Shown here: positions 9,128 to 17,495 of the stretch, one piece after another
Numbering within the stretch: the stretch's first letter is position 1
Layout: each line of letters starts with the position of its first letter
Virus record (IMG/VR): IMGVR_UViG_3300020374_000851
Location: 1-25,320 of that record
DNA from: a virus
Taxonomy: Duplodnaviria; Caudoviricetes
Direction: 5' to 3' (one strand)
Length of the DNA: 25,320 nucleotides
Notes under the pieces: model-generated
What the model was told of the DNA's origin: nothing
What the model saw: the letters and a program-made list of their open reading frames with translations, nothing else
Database searches by the model: none
Translations under genes and position numbers: made by a program

Positions 9128-9166
9128 AAAGGGCGGATCTTTAATTAGGTTCGCCCTTTTTCTTTT
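9128..9166 (+). terminator. Rho-independent terminator closing the structural operon
   Basis: GGGCGGATCT-ttaatt-AGGTTCGCCC stem (2 G-U pairs) followed by TTTTTCTTTT and preceded by AAA. Confidence 0.85.
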
Positions 9167-9180
9167 GAGTAAATATTCTT

Positions 9181-9855
9181 ATGCCAACACCAATAGAACA
9201 AACCATTGCAATCATATTAGATCCTGCAAGCAAATTACGTGAAACAAATCCATTAGTATATTGTGTTCCACCTGATAGTGTAGATGAACATGAACCTCGC
9301 ATGAGATATTTTGATCTACCTGATGGTGATCTATCTAAAACAATGAGAAGATGGATGATGACTGAATATGGGGATGCACATTTACAAAGCGAACCAATTG
9401 AGGATAACCTTGATCAATCTGAAATATTTGCAGTCATCAGAGAACCAAAGACTCGTTGGTGGCAAGGAGTCAAAGAGTGGATGACTTGCTTACCGTATTA
9501 CTCATGGTGGGACAATAAAAAAATTATGGAACAGTGGCCTCACTTTGATAGATTTACAATTGCTCAACATACAACATTAGATCAAGTAAAAGGTATCAAA
9601 CATTTTATAAAGGGCGATCATAAATTGGCAGAAAGGTTTTCAAAGTTTTGTCGTAGGCATAGATTAAGACAGTATGGAAAATTAGAAATGGTGCATAACT
9701 TAGAAGATACTTTTCCTGATAGAAAAAAAATGCTTGATCAAGGTATAAAACAATTACGTGCCTGGCTTAAGAAAAATCCTGAATATGAAAAAAAGTTAGA
9801 TGATTATCTTGCACCAGACTACGCTTATTGGGAGAGGGTAGAAAATCAAGTCTAA
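9181..9855 (+). CDS. Sulfotransferase family 2-like protein (degenerate)
   Basis: FAVIREPKTRWWQGV resembles F.fvRnP..R..S. PHFDRFTIAQ and C-terminal LAPDYAYW resemble Y..D+.lf. TAAATA (9170)-N5-ATG. Confidence 0.5.
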   Translation: MPTPIEQTIAIILDPASKLRETNPLVYCVPPDSVDEHEPRMRYFDLPDGDLSKTMRRWMMTEYGDAHLQSEPIEDNLDQSEIFAVIREPKTRWWQGVKEWMTCLPYYSWWDNKKIMEQWPHFDRFTIAQHTTLDQVKGIKHFIKGDHKLAERFSKFCRRHRLRQYGKLEMVHNLEDTFPDRKKMLDQGIKQLRAWLKKNPEYEKKLDDYLAPDYAYWERVENQV

Positions 9856-10385
9856 TGTATGAGTTTAGAGTACACACCTTAGTAGACATCACTCAAAACA
9901 GTAAACTGCAACAACAGTTTCCTTTTGTAGGAGATGATGGAGAACTAATACATAACAAAGACACTCTACAAATTGCCAAAAGCCAAAACTCCAATTTCAA
10001 TACATTGATACAGCTTCTACAAATAAGAGGAAATATCACATGGGAGGAACCTCCTATAAAAATTAAAAACACTTTGGGTAACACTGCTTTTGGTGCATAC
10101 TATGAAGGCACGCACAGTAGCTGGCACTTTAAATTTTTTGTTGAACAATCTAGTATCTATGGAGACGAGCGAGATCAGACAGGACAACTCAAAGATGATT
10201 TTAATCTAGTCCCTGTAATTAATAAACTTAAAGAGTCGGCTAATTTTCCAATCAGCACATTCATAACAAAAAATTTAACGCAACCAACTCTTAATCCTGT
10301 TACACAGAAGCAAAAAGTCATAAACGCACTTACAGGTGATATAATAAACACCTACTTTTCATACGCTGGTTATAGCGATAAATAA
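9855..10385 (+). CDS. Phage hypothetical protein (start revised to MYEFRVHTLVDIT)
   Basis: TAATG stop/start coupling at 9853-9857. Confidence 0.65.
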   Translation: MYEFRVHTLVDITQNSKLQQQFPFVGDDGELIHNKDTLQIAKSQNSNFNTLIQLLQIRGNITWEEPPIKIKNTLGNTAFGAYYEGTHSSWHFKFFVEQSSIYGDERDQTGQLKDDFNLVPVINKLKESANFPISTFITKNLTQPTLNPVTQKQKVINALTGDIINTYFSYAGYSDK

Positions 10386-10393
10386 CTATGATT

Positions 10394-10456
10394 ACGGCAC
10401 ATAGTATAAATTTAAAGGCACATTCAGGCAATGACTCAGGCTCAATTTCAGGCTCT
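10394..10456 (+). repeat. Five phased GGC(A/T) repeats (consensus about tcAGGC(a/t)c) downstream of a TAAATA box
   Basis: GGC at 10396, 10417, 10427, 10439 and 10451 (spacing 21, 10, 12, 12). TAAATA at 10379-10384. Confidence 0.55.
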
Positions 10457-10736
10457 AATATTGGAGGTGCAAAACCTCAAAGGTGAGATAAGAAATTATA
10501 TGAGTACAACAGATTTAGAAAAACAAAATTTAGAAGCACACGTTGATCTTTGTAGTGAAAGATACAAAGGTTTACACGATCGACTATCTGCGATTGAAGT
10601 TAGATTGGGGAAGATGAATGAAGAAATGACTCAAGGCCATAAGTCCCAATCAAAAACTATTATAGCCACGGCAGGAACAGTGGTTGCAGGATTACTTTCC
10701 ACAGTTGCAGTGATCCTTATGAAGTTTCCTGGTTAA
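10431..10736 (+). CDS. Coiled-coil protein with a single C-terminal TM helix (holin/XhlA-like topology); alternative start 10500
   Basis: Heptad-like LEKQNLEAHVDLCSERYKGLHDRLSAIEVRL followed by IIATAGTVVAGLLSTVAVILM. In-frame ATG at 10500 with AGGTGAG upstream. Confidence 0.55.
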   Translation: MTQAQFQALILEVQNLKGEIRNYMSTTDLEKQNLEAHVDLCSERYKGLHDRLSAIEVRLGKMNEEMTQGHKSQSKTIIATAGTVVAGLLSTVAVILMKFPG

Positions 10737-10762
10737 TATAACTAATATTACCAATCATTTTT

Positions 10763-10996
10763 ATGTTTATACAAATAGCCCCTAAGGTAAAAGTTTATGT
10801 GACGGATTCACAGCTAAGATTTATAAAAAAATATTCTAAGGCAACTTTTAAAAATACAGATTTATTACCAGAAGAAATGGAACTTGCTAAGACATTGGCT
10901 GACAAAGCCATATTTGTAAGGAAAAAACTTGACATTGGGGTACAATATGCTTTAAATAAACGCATAAGATTTGTACACAATGGCACTACAAAATAA
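10763..10996 (+). CDS. Small basic hypothetical protein
   Basis: 77-aa ORF in operon context. Confidence 0.6.
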   Translation: MFIQIAPKVKVYVTDSQLRFIKKYSKATFKNTDLLPEEMELAKTLADKAIFVRKKLDIGVQYALNKRIRFVHNGTTK

Positions 10997-11483
10997 AAAA
11001 GAATTTGTTAAACAGATAGAAGCGTATGGCCTTAAGAATAAACTGGCCGAGCTTATCCGTAAGCAAGAAGCCAAAAGACCTTTTAGACACTTACCAAAGC
11101 AATTTTCGAAAGGAATACTTATTGGCAACATTGCAATTGTCCCAAAAAAATCCTCAGGCACTAGATATGTGTATGTGGTAGCAGACATGCTTGAAGCTAG
11201 TATTTTGTACGAGGATGTGTCACTTAAACAAAGTGCAATAATGATTGCACACCATATGGCAGAAGGCAAAACTCCTCCGCAAGATGTGATAAGTTATGAC
11301 ACACATTTTGCATCCAAACTATTTGAAATTCATAGTGCTAAAAGTATGATCAAGCAAGCACAAAAAGAGCATAATGATGAGATGGAAACTATCTATTTGC
11401 AAAGATTAGAAGATGCACACAGGCTCGCAGACGATTATAAGGGCAAGATACAGCAAATATTCCAAGATACCTTTGGCGTATGA
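10980..11483 (+). CDS. Phage hypothetical protein (ATG 10980, MALQNKK...)
   Basis: ATG preferred over TTG 10971. Overlaps the upstream gene end. Confidence 0.65.
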   Translation: MALQNKKEFVKQIEAYGLKNKLAELIRKQEAKRPFRHLPKQFSKGILIGNIAIVPKKSSGTRYVYVVADMLEASILYEDVSLKQSAIMIAHHMAEGKTPPQDVISYDTHFASKLFEIHSAKSMIKQAQKEHNDEMETIYLQRLEDAHRLADDYKGKIQQIFQDTFGV

Positions 11484-11498
11484 TAACTAAATAATGTT

Positions 11499-12362
11499 AT
11501 GCAGAGCATAGAATTAACAAAACCCATAACTACTGAATCTTTATTAGGCGAATTTGAATCTAGATTCAATCAAACTATGGATCTTACCAAGTTTACTAAG
11601 GAAGAACTTGAAGATACTGCAAACCATATTAGAACTAAAATCCATAACATTACACAAAACACGCACTTTGGTGAAGAATTATCAGACGATGGGTATCAAA
11701 AAAATCAAATGATGTTAGACATTGTGAATCAAGCAATTAAAGAATACAAAACAGACATGGATACGCAACAAACTGTTGCTAAAGTTGAGAAAGCAAGTAT
11801 ACCACCAAAAGATAAAAAAGAAATCATAGGTGCACTTGTTACTAAAGAAATGAAAAAAATGCCAAAAGGCACAGGAACTATGCAAGGTGTGAAAGAAGGT
11901 GTAGAAGAACAATCAGAATTAATATTAGCGGCCAAGGACATGATGGATAAAGTCACAGGTTACTTGGAAGATCTAGCATCAATGAAAACAGAAGGCATGT
12001 TAGAACTAGCAGACAGAATCAGAGATGAAATGGGTGCAGACAAAGCAGATGCATTCTTACAAAAAATCCAGCCGGCTATTGAGCAGGCAGAAGCAACACT
12101 GACTACTACTAGACAGGAACTTGACAACGGTGTAAGAATATTGACCGGAGAAGAAGTTGCTGCTGATACCATCGGCGCAGATGACTCAATGAATATGGAT
12201 GCAGACCTAGACTCACTAGATACTGACGATGAAGAATCAGATGAGTTTGGGGCCTCTGATGCTGAAGCAGGTGGAACAGAACCAGAAGGCCGAGAACAAA
12301 GAGAATCAAGAGAAGTGTTTGAAACTTCTAATAGAATCTACGGCAAACTAGCAGGGAAGTAG
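11499..12362 (+). CDS. Acidic coiled-coil protein, candidate prohead core/scaffold-like
   Basis: TAAATA (11488)-N5-ATG. Long helices, D/E-rich tail, and several (I/L/V)xE sites. Confidence 0.5.
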   Translation: MQSIELTKPITTESLLGEFESRFNQTMDLTKFTKEELEDTANHIRTKIHNITQNTHFGEELSDDGYQKNQMMLDIVNQAIKEYKTDMDTQQTVAKVEKASIPPKDKKEIIGALVTKEMKKMPKGTGTMQGVKEGVEEQSELILAAKDMMDKVTGYLEDLASMKTEGMLELADRIRDEMGADKADAFLQKIQPAIEQAEATLTTTRQELDNGVRILTGEEVAADTIGADDSMNMDADLDSLDTDDEESDEFGASDAEAGGTEPEGREQRESREVFETSNRIYGKLAGK

Positions 12363-12366
12363 TCCT

Positions 12367-12720
12367 GTGAGATTTCAAGAATTTAATCAAGATAAGGATT
12401 TAGAATCAGCTTTGGTTAACACTTTGTTGAATATGCAAGGTGATGCTGATGAAAAAGATCAAAGCAGTGAAATAAGTTTTGATGCTGTGCAAAGCCTAAT
12501 GACAAACACTGGCTATCCAGCTTTTAACTATGATGTTTTTAAAAAACTTTATGATCAAGGCAAAGCACTAAAAAATATAGTTGCAGATTTTAATCAAGAA
12601 AAAATTGTTATCAAAACAGATCAAGAGTCAGAAGACGATCCAGAAATGGATTTTGATAATCAAGGATCTACCGACAAAGTCAAGCAGATGGCCAAGTCTG
12701 CAATGAATCGCAGAAAATAA
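12367..12720 (+). CDS. Acidic hypothetical protein with capsid-targeting-like N-terminus (MRFQEF)
   Basis: GTG start 4 nt after the upstream stop. Basic C-terminal KQMAKSAMNRRK. Confidence 0.6.
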   Translation: MRFQEFNQDKDLESALVNTLLNMQGDADEKDQSSEISFDAVQSLMTNTGYPAFNYDVFKKLYDQGKALKNIVADFNQEKIVIKTDQESEDDPEMDFDNQGSTDKVKQMAKSAMNRRK

Positions 12721-12735
12721 GCCATAATTATATAC

Positions 12736-13116
12736 ATGTTTTATAAAAGTAGGATTTACCAATTAAACTCTTTGCGACTTGGTTTAATCAACGAAGATAA
12801 CATATTTGGTAAGCCTACTATCTTTATTGTAATGGGCTCACAAACATCTGAAGTAACCAAGTTGGCCAAGCGATATCAAGACCTCCACGCTGAAAATAAA
12901 GTAAATCTTGTCGCCATACCTTTCGATCATAACGGCACAGAGCCTGGCGACAATTATGAAATATATACATACTATGAAAACATCCTAGGCTTTAAATTTT
13001 ATGTTACAGAAAAAATAAGTGCTGATCATGTTTTTTTTACAGACTTTGGTGCACCCACTAAAAATTTCACAGAATATCATTTTGATAAAAAAACAAAATT
13101 CATAGAAAAAATATAA
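12736..13116 (+). CDS. Cysteine-free glutathione peroxidase-like thioredoxin-fold protein
   Basis: GKPTIFIVMGSQT resembles GKvvLivNtAS.C, LVAIPFDHNGTEPG..EI resembles lgFPCNQFg.QEPG..EI, plus F.VTEK and KNFTEY. TAATTA-N5-ATG. Confidence 0.6.
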   Translation: MFYKSRIYQLNSLRLGLINEDNIFGKPTIFIVMGSQTSEVTKLAKRYQDLHAENKVNLVAIPFDHNGTEPGDNYEIYTYYENILGFKFYVTEKISADHVFFTDFGAPTKNFTEYHFDKKTKFIEKI

Positions 13117-14384
13117 TGAGTAGAGTATTTTGCGACAAGCCTTTTGATCACAACTACATTCATACCAACGGCAAAATGCGATTATGTTGTACCACGGTCC
13201 AAGACATACCCACAGATAATCAGTATAATTTATTTGATGCAGGCAAGCATGGTATTGACGACTATTGGAACAGCAATAGAATGAAAGAAATACGCAGACA
13301 CATGATTGCTGGCAAAAAAATAAGAGACTGCGAAAGATGTTATAGACAGGAAGAACAAGGTGTTGAAAGTCTAAGATCAACAAATGGCATGTCAGACTTC
13401 ATTAAAGATACAAAAATAGATGGCACATATTTGAAAGCGGCCACATCCATGCAGATACAGATGGGTAATATCTGTAATTTAAAATGTAAAATGTGTAGTC
13501 AAATGTATAGTCACATGCACGGTATGGAAACTAGAGATATAGGAAAACAAGACCCTGAATGGTTGCATTGGGTAAAGGAACAAGGTGCCAATGTCAACAA
13601 TTGGACTAACGAACTTGGACAAAAACAGGAGTGGTATAAGAACAAAAATTTGAAGTATAAGTTGTTCAAACACATAAGTGATAATATTGTTGATCTAAAT
13701 GTTATAGGAGGTGAGCCCACACTTATTCCAGAATTCTACGAACTGTTTGAATTTTGTGAAGAACAAAATACTTTACACAAAAAAGATGTTACAATTGTGA
13801 CCAATTGCACAAACACAAACAACAAACTTACACGTTGGTTGCCAAAGGTCAACAGTTGGAGAATATGGGCTAGTGTGGATGGTGTTGCCCAAAGAACCGA
13901 ATACATCCGCTATCCAAGTAAATGGCCAGTGGTGCTTGAAAGTTTAAACTTTTACAAAGACATGTTGAAATATAAAAACGGTGCTATAACATTAAGTCCT
14001 GCTGTGCAATTGTTAAACATAGATCAGCTGGACGATATGATCAAATGGTGGATTGACTGGTGTGGTGGAGAATTGAATGACACATTTGGTTGGACTTGGT
14101 TGGCTGTGGTTTGGTACCCAAAAATATGCAATCCTAGTATTGCACCACGTGAATGGAGATTAGCTGTGGCCGATAAATTATCACGTTTTAAATTTGACAC
14201 ATACTACGATAATATTATTGCTGAACTACGAAGAGATAAACATGATTCTAATGAGTACAGACTTTTACAACAAGCTTTTATCAAATACAATGATAGACAG
14301 GATAAATTTAGGAATGTGCCATACACATGGCGTGAACTTTTACCTGATCTTGAAACAAAAATATTAGATAATTTACATGAATAA
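13116..14384 (+). CDS. Radical SAM protein with N-terminal twitch/SPASM domain
   Basis: CDKPF...NGKMRLCC...CERC (SPASM/twitch), CNLKCKMC (CxxxCxxC), GGEP, VTNCT, ASVDG, EYIRYPSKW. Confidence 0.9.
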   Translation: MSRVFCDKPFDHNYIHTNGKMRLCCTTVQDIPTDNQYNLFDAGKHGIDDYWNSNRMKEIRRHMIAGKKIRDCERCYRQEEQGVESLRSTNGMSDFIKDTKIDGTYLKAATSMQIQMGNICNLKCKMCSQMYSHMHGMETRDIGKQDPEWLHWVKEQGANVNNWTNELGQKQEWYKNKNLKYKLFKHISDNIVDLNVIGGEPTLIPEFYELFEFCEEQNTLHKKDVTIVTNCTNTNNKLTRWLPKVNSWRIWASVDGVAQRTEYIRYPSKWPVVLESLNFYKDMLKYKNGAITLSPAVQLLNIDQLDDMIKWWIDWCGGELNDTFGWTWLAVVWYPKICNPSIAPREWRLAVADKLSRFKFDTYYDNIIAELRRDKHDSNEYRLLQQAFIKYNDRQDKFRNVPYTWRELLPDLETKILDNLHE

Positions 14385-15408
14385 ATTTCAACTGTACATT
14401 GATGCAGACATAGAAGACACTTCACTAAAGAACGAAGGTGAGTGGATGGCAAAAATTACTGATGCAGGCCACAAATATAATGTAGTAGAAATATTTTTGA
14501 AAGAAGGAGTGGCGCTAGAGGAGATAGGTTACAAAGGAAAAAAATTATTAACCATCTTACGAGAATTATGTAACGTAAATGATTGGCCTCAAACTAAGTT
14601 CCAATTTCATATAATTAATCTTGATCAAGATAAAAATGTGTGGCCTAATACTAAATTTACAGAATACCCTGTCTGTTTTTTACATGGCCAAAAATTTAAA
14701 TTTGCCATACAAAAAGATATTACAAATATATTTGGCATGTTTGTTGGCCGTAGCAGTTGGGACCGTTTGATTATTGCTTCTCATTTATTTAAAAACTATC
14801 CACAACAGACGATGCAGACCTATAGGAATTATCTTGATAATCCTTCCACAATGCTTAATATAGATTTAGATAGATTATTATGGAAAATAAGCTCTGCAAA
14901 ATTTGGATTTGGAAACACATTATCAAATGTTACTAATTTGATAGAACATTTACCTTTGCTAATAAATGAAGAACATGAAGGAATTACTCACATACAATGG
15001 AATAATGGTGCATGGGGCAAAGATTTAATTCAAAGCTACAATAAAATTTTTGTTGATATTGTGTGTGAAAAAACAATTACTGGTAGAACATTTTTCCCAA
15101 CAGAAAAGACTGGGCGTCCATTAGCTACTAAAACACCGTTTATAATAATGTCGGCACCAAACTATCTAAAAAACCTACGTAGGCTTGGCTTCAAAACCTT
15201 TAAAAACTTTTGGAACGAAAGTTATGATTACCAAGAAGGTGTTGAAAGAGTATTATCAATACAAAAAATTATTGATAATCTAGCAAATTTAAACAACAAA
15301 CAAGCATTGAGTCTATATAATGAAATGCTTCCAATATTGGAACATAATTACAACCTCTATCATGAACTTACGAATGAAAAGATGTATTCTGTTTTTCTAA
15401 AAATATAA
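14377..15408 (+). CDS. GT10-like putative glycosyltransferase, paralog B
   Basis: FVDIVCEK...FFPTEKTGRPL..KTPFII....YLKNLRRLGFKTF..FWNESYD. Confidence 0.55.
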   Translation: MNKFQLYIDADIEDTSLKNEGEWMAKITDAGHKYNVVEIFLKEGVALEEIGYKGKKLLTILRELCNVNDWPQTKFQFHIINLDQDKNVWPNTKFTEYPVCFLHGQKFKFAIQKDITNIFGMFVGRSSWDRLIIASHLFKNYPQQTMQTYRNYLDNPSTMLNIDLDRLLWKISSAKFGFGNTLSNVTNLIEHLPLLINEEHEGITHIQWNNGAWGKDLIQSYNKIFVDIVCEKTITGRTFFPTEKTGRPLATKTPFIIMSAPNYLKNLRRLGFKTFKNFWNESYDYQEGVERVLSIQKIIDNLANLNNKQALSLYNEMLPILEHNYNLYHELTNEKMYSVFLKI

Positions 15409-15454
15409 TTCTTTATTAATTGTTTGATATTGATGAATTATTTTTTTGGTATAA

Positions 15455-15592
15455 TCAGTAACGGAATATGTCCTTGTCTATGTCTATGCCGGTAACCGCG
15501 TGTCCTTGCTCCTGCATGTACCGATATGTGTGTTTTCCAAGGAAACCATCACTGCCGGTGACGAGTATTTTTTTATTATTTGCTTTTTTCAT
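15455..15592 (-). pseudogene. Truncated NAD-dependent epimerase/dehydratase (N-terminal Rossmann unit only, 45 aa)
   Basis: Manual translation MKKANNKKILVTGSDGFLGKHTYRYMQEQGHAVTGIDIDKDIFRY* shows the extended-SDR GxxGxxG and acidic beta-2 end. No room for the remainder. Confidence 0.75.
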
Positions 15593-15608
15593 TATATACA
15601 TGTATAAT
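15580..15608 (+). promoter_or_regulatory. Sigma70-type promoter TTGCTT-17-TATAAT for a leaderless exonuclease mRNA
   Basis: TTGCTT 15580-15585, TATAAT 15603-15608, ATG at 15616. A perfect palindrome TATACATGTATA (15595-15606) overlaps the -10. Confidence 0.6.
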
Positions 15609-15615
15609 TATCTAT

Positions 15616-16320
15616 ATGAAAATACCTAAAGATGTCCTTGTGAATAAAGGCATTGCTTATATACAAAAATATCCTTACGGTGAGCTTGCTCGAGTTACCA
15701 AAAATCACAAGCGTCATTACGAAACACCCGACGGACGTCAGGTACCATCAGTGACCACTGTGCTGAGTGCCACAAAGGACATGACACATCTGCATGCATG
15801 GCGTAAAAGAATTGGAGCAGAGAAAGCCCAACAGATTACAACTGAGAGTGCCAACATAGGAACTGTGATGCACAGGAGTTTAGAAAAGCATGTCAAAGGT
15901 GAGGACAGGACACCTGGATCAAATCTCATACAGCAGAAGGCCCACAAGATGGCCAACGTGATAATAGACAATGGACTCAACGATGTGAGTGAGGTGTGGG
16001 GTTCAGAAGTATCACTTTACTATCCAGAACTTTATGCAGGCACTACCGATCTTGTTGGAGTATACAAAGGAGCCCCCGCAATAATGGATTTCAAACAGGC
16101 AAGGAAATTAAAGAAGAAAGAATGGGTTGAAGATTATTACTTACAACTTGTGGCCTATGCCGAAGCTCACAACAAAATGTATTCTACAAATATTAGTACA
16201 GGACGTATTTTTATATGCACGCAAAAAAATGAGTATCAGACTTTTGAAATAGACAACTATAACGAATGGGTTGGCAAATGGTATGCTAAATTGGAACAAT
16301 ATTATAAGGTTACTTTATGA
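15616..16320 (+). CDS. PD-(D/E)XK exonuclease (MGME1/Cas4-like phage exonuclease); start revised to MKIPK
   Basis: PSVTTVL, GTVMH..LE, YAGTTDLVG, IMDFK, YYLQLVAYA. Confidence 0.85.
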   Translation: MKIPKDVLVNKGIAYIQKYPYGELARVTKNHKRHYETPDGRQVPSVTTVLSATKDMTHLHAWRKRIGAEKAQQITTESANIGTVMHRSLEKHVKGEDRTPGSNLIQQKAHKMANVIIDNGLNDVSEVWGSEVSLYYPELYAGTTDLVGVYKGAPAIMDFKQARKLKKKEWVEDYYLQLVAYAEAHNKMYSTNISTGRIFICTQKNEYQTFEIDNYNEWVGKWYAKLEQYYKVTL

Positions 16321-17474
16321 TTAACTCAAAAGATATAATACTTGTTGATGAAAATAAAAGTGGTGTTAATAGAGATGCATTTTTTGAATATCTAAATACA
16401 CGTGGATTTGAATTTGACTGGCTTCAAAATGTTCCAAATACAAAATTAATAGATGTAATTTTATATAAAAGAAAAGATCCTGCTCAACGAATAGTGTTGA
16501 TAATGCATAGTGAAAATATTATAAGACTTTGTAAAGAATGCAATAAACCAGATACTGATAATTTCCTAAAAGAAAAAAATATTTTCCTTGTACATTTTGA
16601 CGGAGATGACGAATGTTACAACCTTTGCAAAATGAAAAAAGAGGATCGTGAACACATAGAACGTTTAACTGTATTGAGTCTAAATGATGGATTAGCTGGA
16701 GAATTTTTAAAACAAAGATATCCAAATTTTACGTTTACAAACTTACGCAATGGACACATCAGTCATCCAATTTACCATGGTGAATTAGGAGAAAGTAAAT
16801 TACCTAGAAATAAAACTTTTATAGGATTTTGGAATGCAGTAGGAGAACACAGAAAAATTAGGAAAAAAGTGTATGATAAGTTAAAAGAAAAAAACTTACT
16901 TGCCAATTCTTTAACTAAAGTACACATCAAAGATAGTGTCCAGAATAATCATGATTTGGCAGTGACTAGTAATTCATATCCAGAATCATTTTTCAAAAAC
17001 ACATTTCTATCATTTCAGCTACCTGATCTTAAGTCTTATGAAATGACCAATTATGAAATTGTTTGCGAAGTTGTGAATGGCGGAGATAGAGATGATACAC
17101 TTTACTTTACTGAAAAAACGTTGAAGCCTATAATAATGAAACACCCGTTTGTAATGTTTGGCCCAAAAAATTATCTTAAAAACTTAAGAAGTTTTGGCTT
17201 TAAAACGTTTGGTGACTTTATTGACGAATCATATGATAGCTATGAAAATTGTGAGGATAGAATACAAAGTATAGTGGCTAATGTGGCAAAATTGAATCAG
17301 GATAACGGACGTAGCTTCTATAATGCCACTCGTGACATTTGTCAGCACAATTTGGACAATTTATATTATCTTAAAGGCAAATTAAAAAGTACATTGTGGC
17401 GAAAACTCAACACAGTGTTTGAACGCCCAGTTCTTAATAACAATACTGAATTTTTTGACTCTTTAGACAGTTAA
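16317..17474 (+). CDS. GT10-like putative glycosyltransferase, paralog C
   Basis: YEIVCE...YFTEKTLKPIIMKHPFVMFG..YLKNLRSFGFKTF..IDESYD. Confidence 0.55.
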   Translation: MINSKDIILVDENKSGVNRDAFFEYLNTRGFEFDWLQNVPNTKLIDVILYKRKDPAQRIVLIMHSENIIRLCKECNKPDTDNFLKEKNIFLVHFDGDDECYNLCKMKKEDREHIERLTVLSLNDGLAGEFLKQRYPNFTFTNLRNGHISHPIYHGELGESKLPRNKTFIGFWNAVGEHRKIRKKVYDKLKEKNLLANSLTKVHIKDSVQNNHDLAVTSNSYPESFFKNTFLSFQLPDLKSYEMTNYEIVCEVVNGGDRDDTLYFTEKTLKPIIMKHPFVMFGPKNYLKNLRSFGFKTFGDFIDESYDSYENCEDRIQSIVANVAKLNQDNGRSFYNATRDICQHNLDNLYYLKGKLKSTLWRKLNTVFERPVLNNNTEFFDSLDS

Positions 17475-17495
17475 TCACTGTAATAAATATAGTAT

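Noticed and set aside
10388-10486. 32-aa uORF as a bona fide gene
   Set aside because: The ATG is only 3 nt after TAAATA, probably upstream of the TSS, and its low-complexity SG content mirrors the DNA repeats. It is kept only as a note in the leader finding.
12736-13116. Selenocysteine GPx
   Set aside because: No in-frame TGA at the catalytic position.
15616-16320. Cas4 / CRISPR system
   Set aside because: No four-Cys Fe-S motif, no cas neighbours and no repeat-spacer array seen. It is an ordinary phage PD-(D/E)XK exonuclease.
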